Shown in pieces: positions 20,820-32,981 of a DNA stretch of 64,000 bases (the first letter of the stretch is position 1; each line of letters opens with the position of its first letter). The DNA is from Zygnema circumcarinatum SAG 698-1b (Eukaryota > Plantae > Zygnematophyceae), in contig CM074822.1 in NCBI GenBank assembly GCA_037447605.1, forward strand, positions 767,492 through 831,491, written 5' to 3'. The notes under the pieces were generated by a model. The model saw only the letters and a program-made list of their open reading frames with translations, was not told where the DNA came from and made no database searches. The translations under genes were made by a program, and so were the position numbers.

Positions 20820-21180
20820 GGTTTTTAGGCTTATGGTTTAAGGTTTAGGAAATAGGATTTAGGGTTAAGGGTTTAGGCTTCAGGGTATAGGAATTAGGGG
20901 TTAGGGTCTAGGAAATAGGATATAGGGTATAGGGTTTAGGGTTTAAGCTTCATGGTTTAGGAATGAGGGTTAAGGGTTTAGGAATTAGTGTTTAGGTCAA
21001 TGAGGGTTAGGGTTTAGGGATTTAAGGTTTGGGAATTAGGGTTTGGGGTTAGGAATTAGGGTTTGAGAATTAGGGTTGCTTTAGGCTTCATGAATAAGAG
21101 TTTAGGTTTTAGGCTTCTGGGTTTAGGAATTAGAGTTTAGGGTTTAAGGAGGGTTTAGAGTTGTTAGATTTTAGGGTTCG
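20820..21180 (+). repeat. Degenerate interstitial telomere-like tract (TTTAGGG/TTAGGG variants)
   Basis: Repeated tttaggg, ttagggtt and gaattaggg units over ~360 bp. Confidence 0.88.
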
Positions 21181-22022
21181 TCGGGTTTCCAAAACCTCAC
21201 GACCAACTCTGGAGGTAAAAAAAAGCGGAGACTCAACTCGGGATGGTGCAAAGCGCTACCCCACAACAAGCGATGCATAGTTTGAAATTAAAAAAAAAAA
21301 AAAAAATCGGACAATGAAGACAAGAGGAGATTACGCCAGACAAGAAATTGACTCTGACTAACTTTGACTAACCAACTGGTCAAAGTCCGTATGTTCGCTT
21401 TCGTACATCAGAAGATGCATCGCAGGGAAAAGCTCCAAAATGAAATTCTAATTGCAAACATGAAAGGACGAATCTCCTTCCAGATCATCCCATCCCTCCC
21501 TCCCCCCTCCCTCCCAGCTTCTTCCTCTCTCTGCTTCTCTCTCTCCCTCCCCCTCCCCACCTCCACTACTTCCTCCTCTCTCCGCTCCTCTCTCCCTTCT
21601 ACATCCCCTCTCTGCTTCTCTCCCTCCCTCTCTCCCCAACTCCCCTACTTCCTCCTCTCTCCGCTTCTCCCTCCCGCTCTCCCTTACACCCTTTCTCTGC
21701 TTCTCTCTCCCTCCCTCCCTCCCTCCCCACCTCCACTACTTCCTCCTCTCTACGCTCCTCCCCCCATCTCTCCCTTCCTCCAGCTCTCCCGTACATCCCC
21801 TCTCTGCTTCTCTCTCTCTCCCTCCGTCCCTCCCCACCTCGTCTACTTCCTCCTCTCTCGGCTGCTCTCTCCCTCCCTCCCTCCCTCCCTCCCTCCCCAC
21901 CTCCTCTACTTCCTCCTCTCTCGGCTTCTCTCTCCCTCCCTCCCTCCCTCCCCACCTCCTCTACTTCCTCCTCTCTCGGCTCTCTCTCCCTCCCTCCCTC
22001 CCTCCCTCCCTCCCCACCTCCT

Positions 22023-25000
22023 CTACTTCCTCCTCTCTCTGCTTCCCTCTCCCTCCCTCCCTCCCTTCTTCTGGAATGTGCTCCTCCGAGCCACCGGAGG
22101 AAGCTTCTCGGAAGCTGCGGTTGGCAGCGGCGCCCCCCCCCTCTCCCTCTCAATGTGCGCCTTCAAATCTCTCAAAACCTTTATTTGACTCAGCTTCTCC
22201 GGGGACAACTTCTCCCAATAAATACCTGCAACTGAATTAGAATTAGAATTAAAGCTTGAATTAGAGCGTGAATTAGGGTTTGTGAAAGGTTCAGGAGGAA
22301 GGATAGATGCAGAATTTGACTGGTAAAACATCAATTTCTTCTTCGTCTTCTTTTTTTAGATTTTTTTTTCTGAGCATTCTATGTTGTTTGGATGGAGGAG
22401 AAGTATGGTCACCTTGTGGTTTGGGTATCGGCGAGTTTTTTATACGAATTATTTGAGTTGGGGTACAAATGATGTCCACGGGCATGTCGTGAATTAGCAA
22501 CTTCCCAATGGGGATATCATCGACCAGCTGCTCATCAAGCACTGCACCACAAACCCTAAACCCTAACTGTCAATACCCATCTATTTTTTTTATGTTTAAA
22601 TATCGACTCCTGTAAGAGTTCACAGAGATCAATATTACACTTCACATATAAAGATTTATACATACCGATTTTTTTTTTGTTTAAGACTACTTTTTTTCAA
22701 GTTTAGGTCTAAGGTCCTACCAGTTGTAACAATTGGAGTTGAGTCATCTATGGCCCCCATCCATCGAAGCATTCCGTACTCAAGTTCCGCAAAGCCCTGC
22801 ACATGTACACAGTTCCATTGAACTGAAACAGTTTGAAACTCGGAACTCAACGGAACGGAGATTCCTCTCCCTCTCCCTCTCCCTCTCCTATTTGCCTGCA
22901 AATGTATGGCATTGAGGGAGGGAGAGAACTCTCCCTCTCCTCCCACCCCTCACCTCTCCCTTACCGAGTCGGGATCCACTTCTCGGATCCACCGCCACAG
23001 ACCCCACAACAAGTAGATCCACTTTGATTTTATCAAATAGACCAATGGGAAGGCTCCACTTGGCAGCCCCTCGAGGAGTGCATGCCTCCACTATGGCCTC
23101 TTGGGAGAGCTCCGAAGGGTCAAGGCGGGAGAAGAATCCTGTGCGGAGGCGGGGCTGGGGGACCAATACAACTTTGCCACCTGAGAGAGGGAGAGAGGGA
23201 GGGAAGGAGGGAGAGAGAGAGGGAGGGAAAGAGTGAGAGGAAGGGAAAGAGAGACCGGGAAAGAGGGAGAGGGAGGGGAAGAGAAAGAGGGAAAGAGAGA
23301 GAGATGGAGGGAAAGAGCGAGGGGAGAGAGAGGGAGGGAAAGAGAGAGAGAGAGCGAGAGGGAAAGTTTGAGAGGGAGGGGAAGGGAGAGAGAGAGGGAA
23401 AGAGAGAGAGGGAGGGACAGGGAAAGAGAGAGGGAGAGGGAAGTGAGAGAGGGAGAGAAAGGGAGAGGGAGGGAAAGAGAAAGTGGGGGATAGAAAGAGA
23501 GGGAGGAAAGAGAGAGAGTGAGGGAAAGAGAGAGAGGACTAAGTGGATCCGCAACATTCAGCCGGCCGAAAAGGAAAGGAAAGGGAAAGAGAGAGTGGGG
23601 GCGAGAGAGAGAGAGAGGGGAAGAGTGAGAGGGAGGGAAAGAGAGAGAGAGGGAGGGAACGACGGAGAGACGGATGGAAAGAGAGAGAAAGGGAGGGAAA
23701 GGGAGAGAGAGATGGTGAGGGAAAGGGAGAGGGAGATGGGGAGGGAAAGAGAGAGGGAGAGAAAGAGAGAGAGGGAAGGAAAGAGTGATAGAGACAGAGG
23801 GAGAGAGCGAGGGAGAAAAAAAAGTACGAAACAATGTCGCATGCTGTTAGACCTGATTTCATTTTGTGATCACTGAAGTCAGCGGACCTGGTAACACCAA
23901 TATTAGGGTTATGGGTGAGAGGAAAAGGAAGATAAATACATGTATTGGACTTCGCAGTTTGGTTAGGGTTTGTGCAGAATTAGGGTTACCTGCCAGTGCG
24001 AGAAACCTCACTTGCTTCTGAGGGCTGTCGGGATTTATTTTGACGATTTTGGAAGCAATAAACTCTGGGAGAAGGGCAAGCTGATGGACAAAAAAAACCG
24101 CAGAGGCAAAAATTAATCATCAAAAGGGGAAAAAAAAAAAAAGCTCCTTTGTAGGTCTAGTAGTGCATGGAACTCATTTCACATTTCAGTAATTCAGGAA
24201 TGAATTGATTGGCTTTCACATCTAAAGCTTGCATGAACCCTAAGCTTCAATCCTTCACTCCTTCGATCAAGAAATAGTAAAATTAGAGATTAGAAATTAG
24301 AGATTATATAGAGATCGACCAACAATAGAATATAAGATTGTGGGTGATAGGATGGAAAAAAGGCAAACAGAATAGCGCTTTCATTCAGTGTTGCATCACC
24401 TTCACTCATAGCGAGACAGATAACATTACATTCAGAGAGAAAGAGTGAGAAGGAAAGAGCGATTGAGAGTGAGAGGAGGAGAGGGAGAGAGCGAATGAGA
24501 GAGGGAGTGGAGGGGCAGAAAGCGAGTGAAAACGAGGAGAGAGTGCGCGAGATGAGAACGGAGAGGAAAGCGAGATAGAGGGAGCATCAATTTCAAACCA
24601 TTTTAAATTGAAATTCGCACTCCCCTGCTTAACTTAGTGAGTAATCTATGAATTTATGGCTTAATTTCTAACTTAGTGAGTAATTTATGAATTTATTGCT
24701 TAATTTCTCCGCTGCATACCTTAGCAGCGGCTTCTCCAGCGCCCACAAAATTAGGGATTCTGTGATGAACGGGACGCGGAGCCTGCGCCAAATTCCGTTT
24801 CTCGAGCATGTCCCAAATGCGCTTCCGAATGGCCCACTTCCACGCACCTGCAGACGCTCCCTCTCCCTCTCCCCCACTCTCTCCTCCTCCCTCTCCCTCT
24901 CCCTCTCCTCCTCCTCTCTCCTCCATTGCCTCCACCTCTGAAGCTCGCTTTGCCATAGTCTCTCGCGCCAGCTCGTCAAGCCTTAACCTCTCATCCTCCC

Positions 25001-25367
25001 CCTCTCCCTCTCCCTCTCCCAGTCCCTCCCCTTCTCTCTCTCCCCCCTGCTCTCTCTCTCTCTCTCTCTCCCCCCTCATCGCAGCATCCTGCATATTACG
25101 TTCACTCAAAGCCATGGCAGAAAACCCACTTCTCCTCTTCCGTAACCCTGACCCTAACCCTAATTCCCCCCACCCCCTCCCCTTCCCCTTACAACCTTCA
25201 CTCACAGCTGCCGCCCAAGCTCTATGACTACATCGAAAATTCTCGGTAATGCCTGCCACGTGGCCAGCTGCTTGTACATTCCGGACGTCCGGATGTGCCA
25301 CGTGGCACCAGTTTGCGGCGGACACGTGGCATGACAGGCTGCCAGAGAGACACCACGTGGCAGCCAT
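22023..25367 (-). CDS. COG0212: 5-formyltetrahydrofolate cyclo-ligase-like protein (COG0212/MTHFSD family), probably plastid-targeted; start and stop uncertain
   Basis: Exons give [14 protein letters not shown]...[26 protein letters not shown] (~23990-24080), [11 protein letters not shown]...[47 protein letters not shown] and [18 protein letters not shown]. Confidence 0.92.
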
Positions 25368-25689
25368 GGATGATAGCCCTACCCCTCACCCTTGAAGTGT
25401 TGTGCCTTTATTGCGCTCCATAGGGCCCCTTTTGAGGCAACCTCCACGTCAATATACCACGTCAGCATTCAAAAATCAAAAAAATCGGCGGTTTTTCCGT
25501 TTAGAAAATGCAAAGAACTGGGTTTGCGAGCGGGCCCAGTTTGCAACTCCGGTTTTTGGCCAAAAAAAATGATACGTGATGTATGGACCAATGCTAGGAC
25601 GCCACGTGGACTAGAAGGACACTAGGCGCACATCGCCACTTCTGTATGGCGTCATTCAGTGGTCAGCGAGCTCTTTGTTGTCGTCAGGC

Positions 25690-25955
25690 GACACATGGCA
25701 TGTCCAAGAGCAGAACCTCATATCTCGCACAAGGAAATGTTTCAACAAATCGGGTTCTGACACGTGTCACAACAGAAAAAGTTAATACAACGGGCAGATG
25801 TTTCAATGAATCGCGTGCTGACACGTGCTGCCACACCGAGAAAGTTCTCACAATGGGCAGATGTTTCAACGAATCGCGTGCCGACACGTGGCTCCACACC
25901 GGAAAACTTCTTACAACGGGCAGATGTGTCAACGAATCGCGCACCACACCAGAAA
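25690..25955. repeat. 61-63 bp minisatellite, about 4 copies, carrying G-boxes
   Basis: caacgggcagatgtttcaacgaatcgcgtgccgACACGTG units, with ACACGTG at 25760, 25821 and 25884. Confidence 0.88.
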
Positions 25956-26396
25956 AGTTAGGAACCTGGTAACGGGAAAGCGCTGATTTTTTCGACTCTT
26001 CCAAGTGGCAAATTTAATAACAATAATAATTTAACGTGGGTCTTAGTTACCATTCCTCCTTCCGATTCCTTTTTTTTGCTTAGGGTTTTAGGGATTAGGG
26101 TTTCAGGGTTTTCGGGTTTTTGGGAATGTGGAATCAGGCAATGGATGGTTGGGATGAAATCCCACTTGTAGCATAAAACGACAAAATAGCGAAAATAGCT
26201 TTTTGCGAATACTATCCTCATCTTTGGCCTCATTAAAAAAAATTGTTTTTTTTCGAACCTAATTTGCCATTTTTAAGATCTACACGACGACAACAACTTT
26301 CAGTTACTGTAAAAAAAATTCCACCAATACACTGGTTACAAAAGAAAATTTAAAATTAAAAAAAAATATTTTTACATTAACCTAATTGAATTGAAT

Positions 26397-27933
26397 TCAC
26401 GGCGTGGGCTTGCGCTTGTTGGCGGCGTTCTTGGCGGCGGGCTGCTGCGCGGGCGACACGTGCCAGTTGCGCTTGCGCTGGTTTATGAACCAGTTGTTGA
26501 TCTGCTTCAGCTCCAGCCCCGTCTGCCGCACAAGCACGCCCTTCTCCTCCTCCTGCGACCACGCACGCACGCACGCACTCAGAACTTCGATCATGTCAGG
26601 GGAGGAAGGACGGGTGGGGAGGGGGGAGGGGGAAGGAGAGGAGGAGGGAGGGAGGGGGAGGGGAGGGAGGGGGAGGGAGGGGGGGAAGGGAGGGGGAAGG
26701 GATGGGGGATGGGGGAGGTGGGGAGGGGGAGGGAGGGGGAGAAGGGAGGGGGAGAGGGAGAGGGAAGGGAGGGGGAAGGGATGGGGGATGGGGGAGGTGG
26801 GGAGTGTGGAGGGAGGGGGAAGAATGAGGGGGGCGAGGGAAGGGAGGGGGATGGGGGAGGTGGGGAGGGGGAGGGGGGAGGGAGGGGGAGGGAGGGAGGG
26901 TGCCGGGGAGGGAATGGGGAGCGTGAGAGAGAAAGAAACTGAGAGGGAAATTTCTGTATTTGAATGTCCTTGCCGTTGGATAGGGCCACTTGGCGTGCGC
27001 ATTCCACCACGCTTTGAGCACTGCCGTTGTGTCTCCCGGAAGCTTCCCTGCACGTCTCTTCCTCATAATCTCTTCCCGGACATCGCTGATCTTATCGCGG
27101 TACCCCTGCACGTGCGGAACCCCAACCTTTCTTTACATTCTTTTTTGCTAATTGTGCTATTAATCACCGAAGCACCTTCAAAAAAAACCCCTTAGAGACC
27201 CTAAACGAGCCACATGACTAACATAACAAGAACAAACCATGCAGATCCAAGTCTCTCACATTCTTAAGCTCAAGTTTTAGCTCCTCCCGCATGCGTTCCA
27301 TGATGCTCCGTTCGCTGTCAGTGGGCACAAGGGGGCCGTAGGGCCCCGTGGCGGCCCCTTCTCTGCTCGATAGGTTTGAAATTTCAGAGTCATCGATGTC
27401 AAGATCATCATCGTCTGACATAGTTGCACCAGTTCCCGGACCCGGCTCCGTTCCTGGTAAAATTCGCAGCAAAAGTAGGAAAAATTAGGTGAAGTTGCAA
27501 CGTATGAAAGTAGGAAAGTAGGATGCAGAGTCATAGTGATTGCTGTCTGCAATATATACTTATGTATAGCAGGTTTTCTGGGGGTTTTTTTTTTTTAAAC
27601 AGAGAGATGTACTAAGTAAACCTGTAATGGAGATAAGCGACTGCTCCAACTCCCAGCACGCTAGAACGGCCTCCCTCGCGTGGACCTTCACGTGTTCCTC
27701 CAATTGCCCCCGAAAGGACCGAAGGAGAACCACGAACTGGGCCTGCAGTTTGCAAAGGAGGAAAGAAGGAGGGCCCAAACTTGAGAATATTCCACAACAA
27801 ATTAAAATTCTCGAAACCATGAATTGCACTTGTCAATATAATGTTGATCTCACATTCAATTTAGAGAGATTTCATTCAAAGAAAGGCCCTTCTATGTTAG
27901 TATGCTTGCACCCATTATACTAAAATTGTATAT

Positions 27934-27977
<44 letters not shown>

Positions 27978-29351
27978 ACTATACTTGTATATTGTTATTC
28001 CGCATCCTCACCATGAAGCGGTCTAGTTCTCCGCTATCTTCATTCAGCTCTCCAGCTTCCTTCAAAAAAGCCAAGTACTTCCCCACCACAAGCTCCGACC
28101 GCTCGAGCTGAAGGTCCAAGTAAGGGAGTCGGTCCAGCGGAGTAGCAACCTGCTCAAATTTCACTCCCCATTAAAAGCAAAGTCACAAAATGAAATGATC
28201 AAAGGGGGCACATCGTTCATTGCAATCGATTCATTGAAGGAATTAAATCCCACAATTCTGTCGTCAAGACCTCTCACCTTCAGGCAAGCGACGTGCGCCT
28301 CCAATAGCTGCTCATATAGAGGGTGGGCGACAATCCTCGCCTTTAAAACGTTCATATCTTCTTCTCGTGCTTGTGAATCTGGGTGGGAATCCCCCCCTCC
28401 TCCTATTACTCCTCCTCCCCCTCCTGCTCCTACTCCTCCTCCCCCTCCTTCCTTTTCCCCCATAACAGCCACCCCCACAGCCCCCATCTTCCCATTTTGA
28501 AGATCATCAGATCCTGTGGTCACAAGTCTTTTTCTTTCCAGCCAGCTCACATCCTCCCCCCCCATCTGTTGAGTGGGCACATATTGAACTAACTGTCCAC
28601 TGTCTGCATCATATGTTCCTCTCACAAGCGCGTGATGCACAGTGTCCTCAATAAGCGAATGACTCGTCTGCATCACTGAAGCAGGGGCAGCCGCTACATC
28701 ACCCTCTCCGTGAACAGCTTGCTTTTCTGGCCCAGCTTGATCCAGTATCGCGATATCAACCCCAGATGCTGAAGGAGTTAAAGCCATTTTCTGCGCAGCA
28801 TCTTGGACAGATGGAGGACTCATATCGCTTGGTGTTGTGTGAGCCCCTTCTCTTTGCAAGCCGCTGCTCGGACTGCTTCCGTCAGTCTCCATCAACAGAG
28901 TGCGGAAACTTCTACTAGAAAACCCATCTCCTGAACCGTTTCCGTTACGAATTCCATCATGGGGGCTACTGTCACTGCGTAGGAGTTTTCCAGCCGGTTC
29001 TAAGCCATTAAGAATCTCCTTCTCCACCACTATGCTCTGCTTTAGAGAAGAGATTCCAGACATCGAAAATGTTTCTTCTGTTGCAATCGACTCGGATTTT
29101 TGTGTGGAGCCATTGAGAGCCCTCTCTCCCGCCCTTCCGATTGCGTTGTCTGCTGAGCCATGGCTCTTTGGAGTGCTTTCCTCTAGGGTGGATAAGTGCA
29201 CACCTTCCCATAAGACGTTATACGTTGCAGGAGTTGGGTTGGGATCATTATGTGCGGCATCCTTGATGTCTTTTGTGATGCCATTGGACTGAATTTCCAT
29301 CTTAACATCAGTCATCTCCCCCAGAAGCAAGCTACCCTCGGGTATCGGCAT
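26397..29351 (-). CDS. KNOX2: Class II KNOX TALE-homeodomain transcription factor (KNAT3/4/5-like), ~604 aa with a long N-terminal extension
   Basis: Exons 28278-29351, 28012-28149, 27622-27742, 27260-27453, 26974-27105 and 26397-26552. KNOX1 ([26 protein letters not shown]), KNOX2 (ELDRFM...[13 protein letters not shown]), ELK ([18 protein letters not shown]) and homeodomain ([12 protein letters not shown]...KWPYPT/EEEK...[16 protein letters not shown]). Confidence 0.96.
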
Positions 29352-30205
29352 AGTTTCCACATTAATCCAGCATGATTTTTTCCTCTGTGCCTTCTCTTTT
29401 CATCTGATACTCTTTATTTGGCCTCACTAATATGATAAGCACGACTACTTACCCCTAAAATTTAATCTCTAATAAAGGAAAGTCACAAACGAAGTAGAAC
29501 CTTTTTCTGCTGCCTTCGTTTCAGCCATTGCTCGCGCAGAACCACCGGAGCTTCTACAGCAGACCGCCTACATTTTAAACCGCCAGCAACTATCCATCTC
29601 ACCTCACCTCTCCGTCCTCCTCTATCGTTCAAATCCCTTCGTGAAGATGTGACAAGCCCACCCCCGAAGTCACAGGGAAAAAAATCAGTTGGTACCTTGC
29701 CGCCCAGGAAGCTTCCGCCTACCAAAAGCGTCATTAGCTAATCAAAACTGCGTAAATTGCTGAAAATAGACAAAACCCATATCACAAATCTCTCCTTCTA
29801 GAAGCTCAATTGGCCTTTTCCCCCATCCCCCGCCCTTCCCGCGGCCCCACATCCCCTCAATGCAGCTGCCTGTCTTGTCCTTTTTGGCGTCTATTCCGAC
29901 CGCCTTCTTGGCGAGAGGAGGGGTGTGACCGCCCGTGACGGCTGACAAGCAGAGATGGAGAGGACCGCCGTACGGATGACAGCGACCGGCGGGCCATGAC
30001 GGAGCATGCAAGGCGGGCGGCGCCGTACGGCATCGGCGCGCAGTGCCGGCCGAGAACAGAACGCGGCGGGACATGTCCAACGAATCGCGGCAAGGTGATG
30101 ACAAGAGGGCGAGCGCGCGCACGTGCGGCGGTGGGCATGTGGTTGGTTTGGATGCATGGGGACCATGTGTGAAATTGCTCTGACATGACATGGGACAAGT
30201 GTAAC

Positions 30206-30450
30206 GGGAGAGGGAAAATGGCATTGATCTCACGATGGCGATGATGCCATCAAATGTACATGGACAATAGCAGCATCATGGGGAATCACGAGGGAAAAGC
30301 GAGAGTCAGAGATTGCCATGTGGGGCCCAAAGGGAGAGGGAAAATGGCATTGATCTCACGATGGCGAGGCCATCGTGAGCCATCGTGAGTTCGTGAGCCA
30401 TCATATACATGGACAAAAGCAACATGGAAACCACGAGAATTTGGTCGCAA
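30206..30450 (+). repeat. Two tandem copies (126-bp period) of a dispersed repeat also present at 33061
   Basis: gggagagggaaaatggcattgatctcacgatggcga at 30206 and 30332, each followed by ...acatggacaa...cacgag. Confidence 0.8.
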
Positions 30451-30768
30451 AGGACCTAAGCACAAATGAAAACAGCTAAGAACGACAAGTGTTACTAAAT
30501 ATATATGTATATATATATTTCACAAGATCCATATCTATCCATATTTGTTTGCTTTTGAGTGTTTATCACTAGTGATCGAGAATTCGAATTCAGACGTCGA
30601 AATTCGCACGGCCTATCAGAAAAAAAGAGAGTCCCACTCGCTTTTGAGTAGAACCCCAAGGCTAACCTACAACAATAAAAGAAAGTCTACTATATTCTTT
30701 AAATGTACACTCAGCTCTCAAACCTGTACACTAATCCTATGAATGGTAACGAAAAAACCAGTTTCCTA

Positions 30769-32296
30769 CTAGCCGGGGGTGAAGGCGGTGGCGTATGCCC
30801 AGGCGTTGTTGACGGCGGGGTCAACAAGGTGGTCGGACAAGTTCTGGAGGGCAGACTTTCCAGTGACGATGGCCTGCACGAAGAAGCCGAACATGGAGAA
30901 CATGCGAGGCACCCGTTCTTGATCTCCTTCACCTTAGCTCGGCGAAGGTCTCGGGGTCGTCAGACAAACCAAGGGGGTCGAAGCTGCCACCGGGGTTCAG
31001 GGGGTCGGTCACCTCTCCCAGGGGGCCGCCGGAGACACGGTAGCCCTCAATGGCGCCCATGAGCAGCACCTGCGTTCCGAGGATGGCGAGGATGCCTCTG
31101 CGCGTGGATGAGGCTGGGGTTGCCGAGGTAGTCCAGGCCGCCGTCAGCGAAGATCTGGGCGCCGGCCTTGAACCCCAGGGCCTCGCCAAAGTTCATACCG
31201 CTGTTGGCAAGGAGCTCGGGGAACAGGCAGCCGAGGGCTCCCAACATGGCCCAGCGAGCGTGGCTGACTTGCATATGTAAACGACAGATGGAAGACAAAA
31301 GGTCAGTCTCGCGTAAGTGCTAAGGAGGGAACATTGGTACAGTAGAAGTGTTGCAGTTAGCGTCATTGGGAAAAATGACACCATTGCACCGGTCGTTTCC
31401 ACCATTTGCTTGTTCGTATGTTTAATCAGTGGAAACGGAACATGAATACTGCATTCTCACATCCGTCTACCAGTTTCTTGGAGACATCCAATTTTTCATA
31501 GGCGCCCAAGGATGGTCACGACCCAAAATTTAAGAAGTCGAAGTTCCTGTTCTCCCTGAGCTGATGCCTAAAGCGTAAGGCAGCGCAACTGATCTTGGCC
31601 TTATTCCTCCAATGGTAGAACGATGAAACCGAGCATTTCACGTAAGATATCCCTCTGCACTGACCTCGAAATGTGCTACAATCATCTCCATTCTATTGCC
31701 GAGGACACAAACAGAGTCCTATTCTCGAGTCTGACAGCCTGTGACAACGATGAAATTTAACAAACGAGTTCAGACCTATCTTTTGACCAGAGCTTCAGCT
31801 ACTCTACACGTCCAAGCAGTAAGAAAACTTCCAAAAGTTCCAATGCTTATGAAGAATTTTAACGCAGCCTGAAACATAGCATCCGACTGCCGGCTTTCTA
31901 CCACAATCATGAAACATGCCTCTCCGGTTGATCCCCCACTCTGCATAGAAACTAGGATAGAAGGACGATCCACCGAAAGCAAGCTTAGTCAGTGCGCACC
32001 TCAAGCTCGCGGTTTCTGGCGAAGCTGGGTCAGCGGAGAGACCGGCGGTGTCCCAGCCGTAGTCACCGGGGTACTCGCCGGTGAGGTAGGAGGGGGTGGC
32101 GGCGGAGAAGGGGCCCAGGAACTTGGGGCGGTCAGCGCCCTACCAGATGGACTCGGAGACCTGGACCTTGGTGCGGCGCACCATGGAACATGGCGACACG
32201 CGCCTCGCTGCTGCCGACATGGCGGGCGAGCTCGGCGATCTGCACGACGAAGGTGGAGGCTGCGGCCATGGCGGGGGCGGCGATGAGGGCGGCCAT
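30769..32296 (-). pseudogene. Lhcb: Major LHCII chlorophyll a/b-binding protein (Lhcb/Lhcbm) pseudogene, one intron retained
   Basis: [81 protein letters not shown] and [13 protein letters not shown]. Lesions: 7-bp insertion, W-TAG-G in place of WYG, 4-bp deletion, acceptor CAG changed to CAA, and several 1-bp frameshifts. Confidence 0.93.
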
Positions 32297-32425
32297 GGCT
32301 GCTGCTGCTGCTTGCAGAAGCTTTACAGAAGCTTGGAGAAGCTCTTGCAAGAGTTTGGAAGCTGAGTGGGAAATTTGCAGAGGGTGGATTTGAAGGGGGC
32401 GGATTTGAAGAGGGCGGCACCGCAG

Positions 32426-32600
32426 GATTTTATAAAGCTGCCCGGCTTGAAAAAAACACACTTGGTCGGTCCGCGGGCTGCCCGGAAATCCGGACGAAGT
32501 CTGTCCTCAAACTCTCCGACCAATCAGCGCGCAAGTTTGTGCCACGTGGTGACACGTGGCGCGTGATGAATGGGTGGAATCCGACCGAACGGGCCAATGC
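32426..32600 (-). promoter_or_regulatory. Light-type promoter of the Lhcb pseudogene: TATA box, CCAAT and paired G-boxes
   Basis: TTTATAAA ~32429-32436, CCAAT ~32520 and GCCACGTGGTGACACGTGGC 32541-32560. Confidence 0.65.
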
Positions 32601-32679
32601 ACAACTTGGGATTTGGAATTTCGCTAACGCCACACGGGAAGCGGCATGGGTTTGATTTGTTTTTTTTGGTTTTGGGGGG

Positions 32680-32981
32680 AGGGGGTCAGACTTACCGCGG
32701 AGCGTACGAAATTCCAGAATTCAGTACTGTATACGAAAAGTCACTTTTTTCGTGTACGAATTTCAGACTGGGATATGCGGCTCCGTCGAACCTAAGCCAT
32801 ACCAAAATGCGTACGTAGCCAAATACGAAATACTGTACGCCCGGCAGACGTACGAAATTGATTTGTATTCATTTGGAGCTGCGGATCCCAACCCGAAATT
32901 CGTACAAGAAAAAGTGACTTTTCGTATACTGAATTCGAGAATTTCCGTACGCTCCGCGCTAAGTCTGACCCCCCCCCCCCT
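32680..32981. mobile_element. Foldback MITE (~300 bp) with ~105-bp terminal inverted repeats
   Basis: Left arm gggggtcagacttaccgcggagcgtacg...tatacgaaaagtcactttt...cggctcc is the near-perfect reverse complement of the right arm ggagctgcgg...aaaagtgacttttcgtata...cgtacgctccgcgctaagtctgaccccc; termini resemble the 62 kb MITEs. Confidence 0.88.

Noticed and set aside
25690-25955. Repeat-spacer appearance resembling a CRISPR array
   Set aside because: The apparent spacers are homologous to each other, there are no cas genes and the context is eukaryotic; it is a minisatellite
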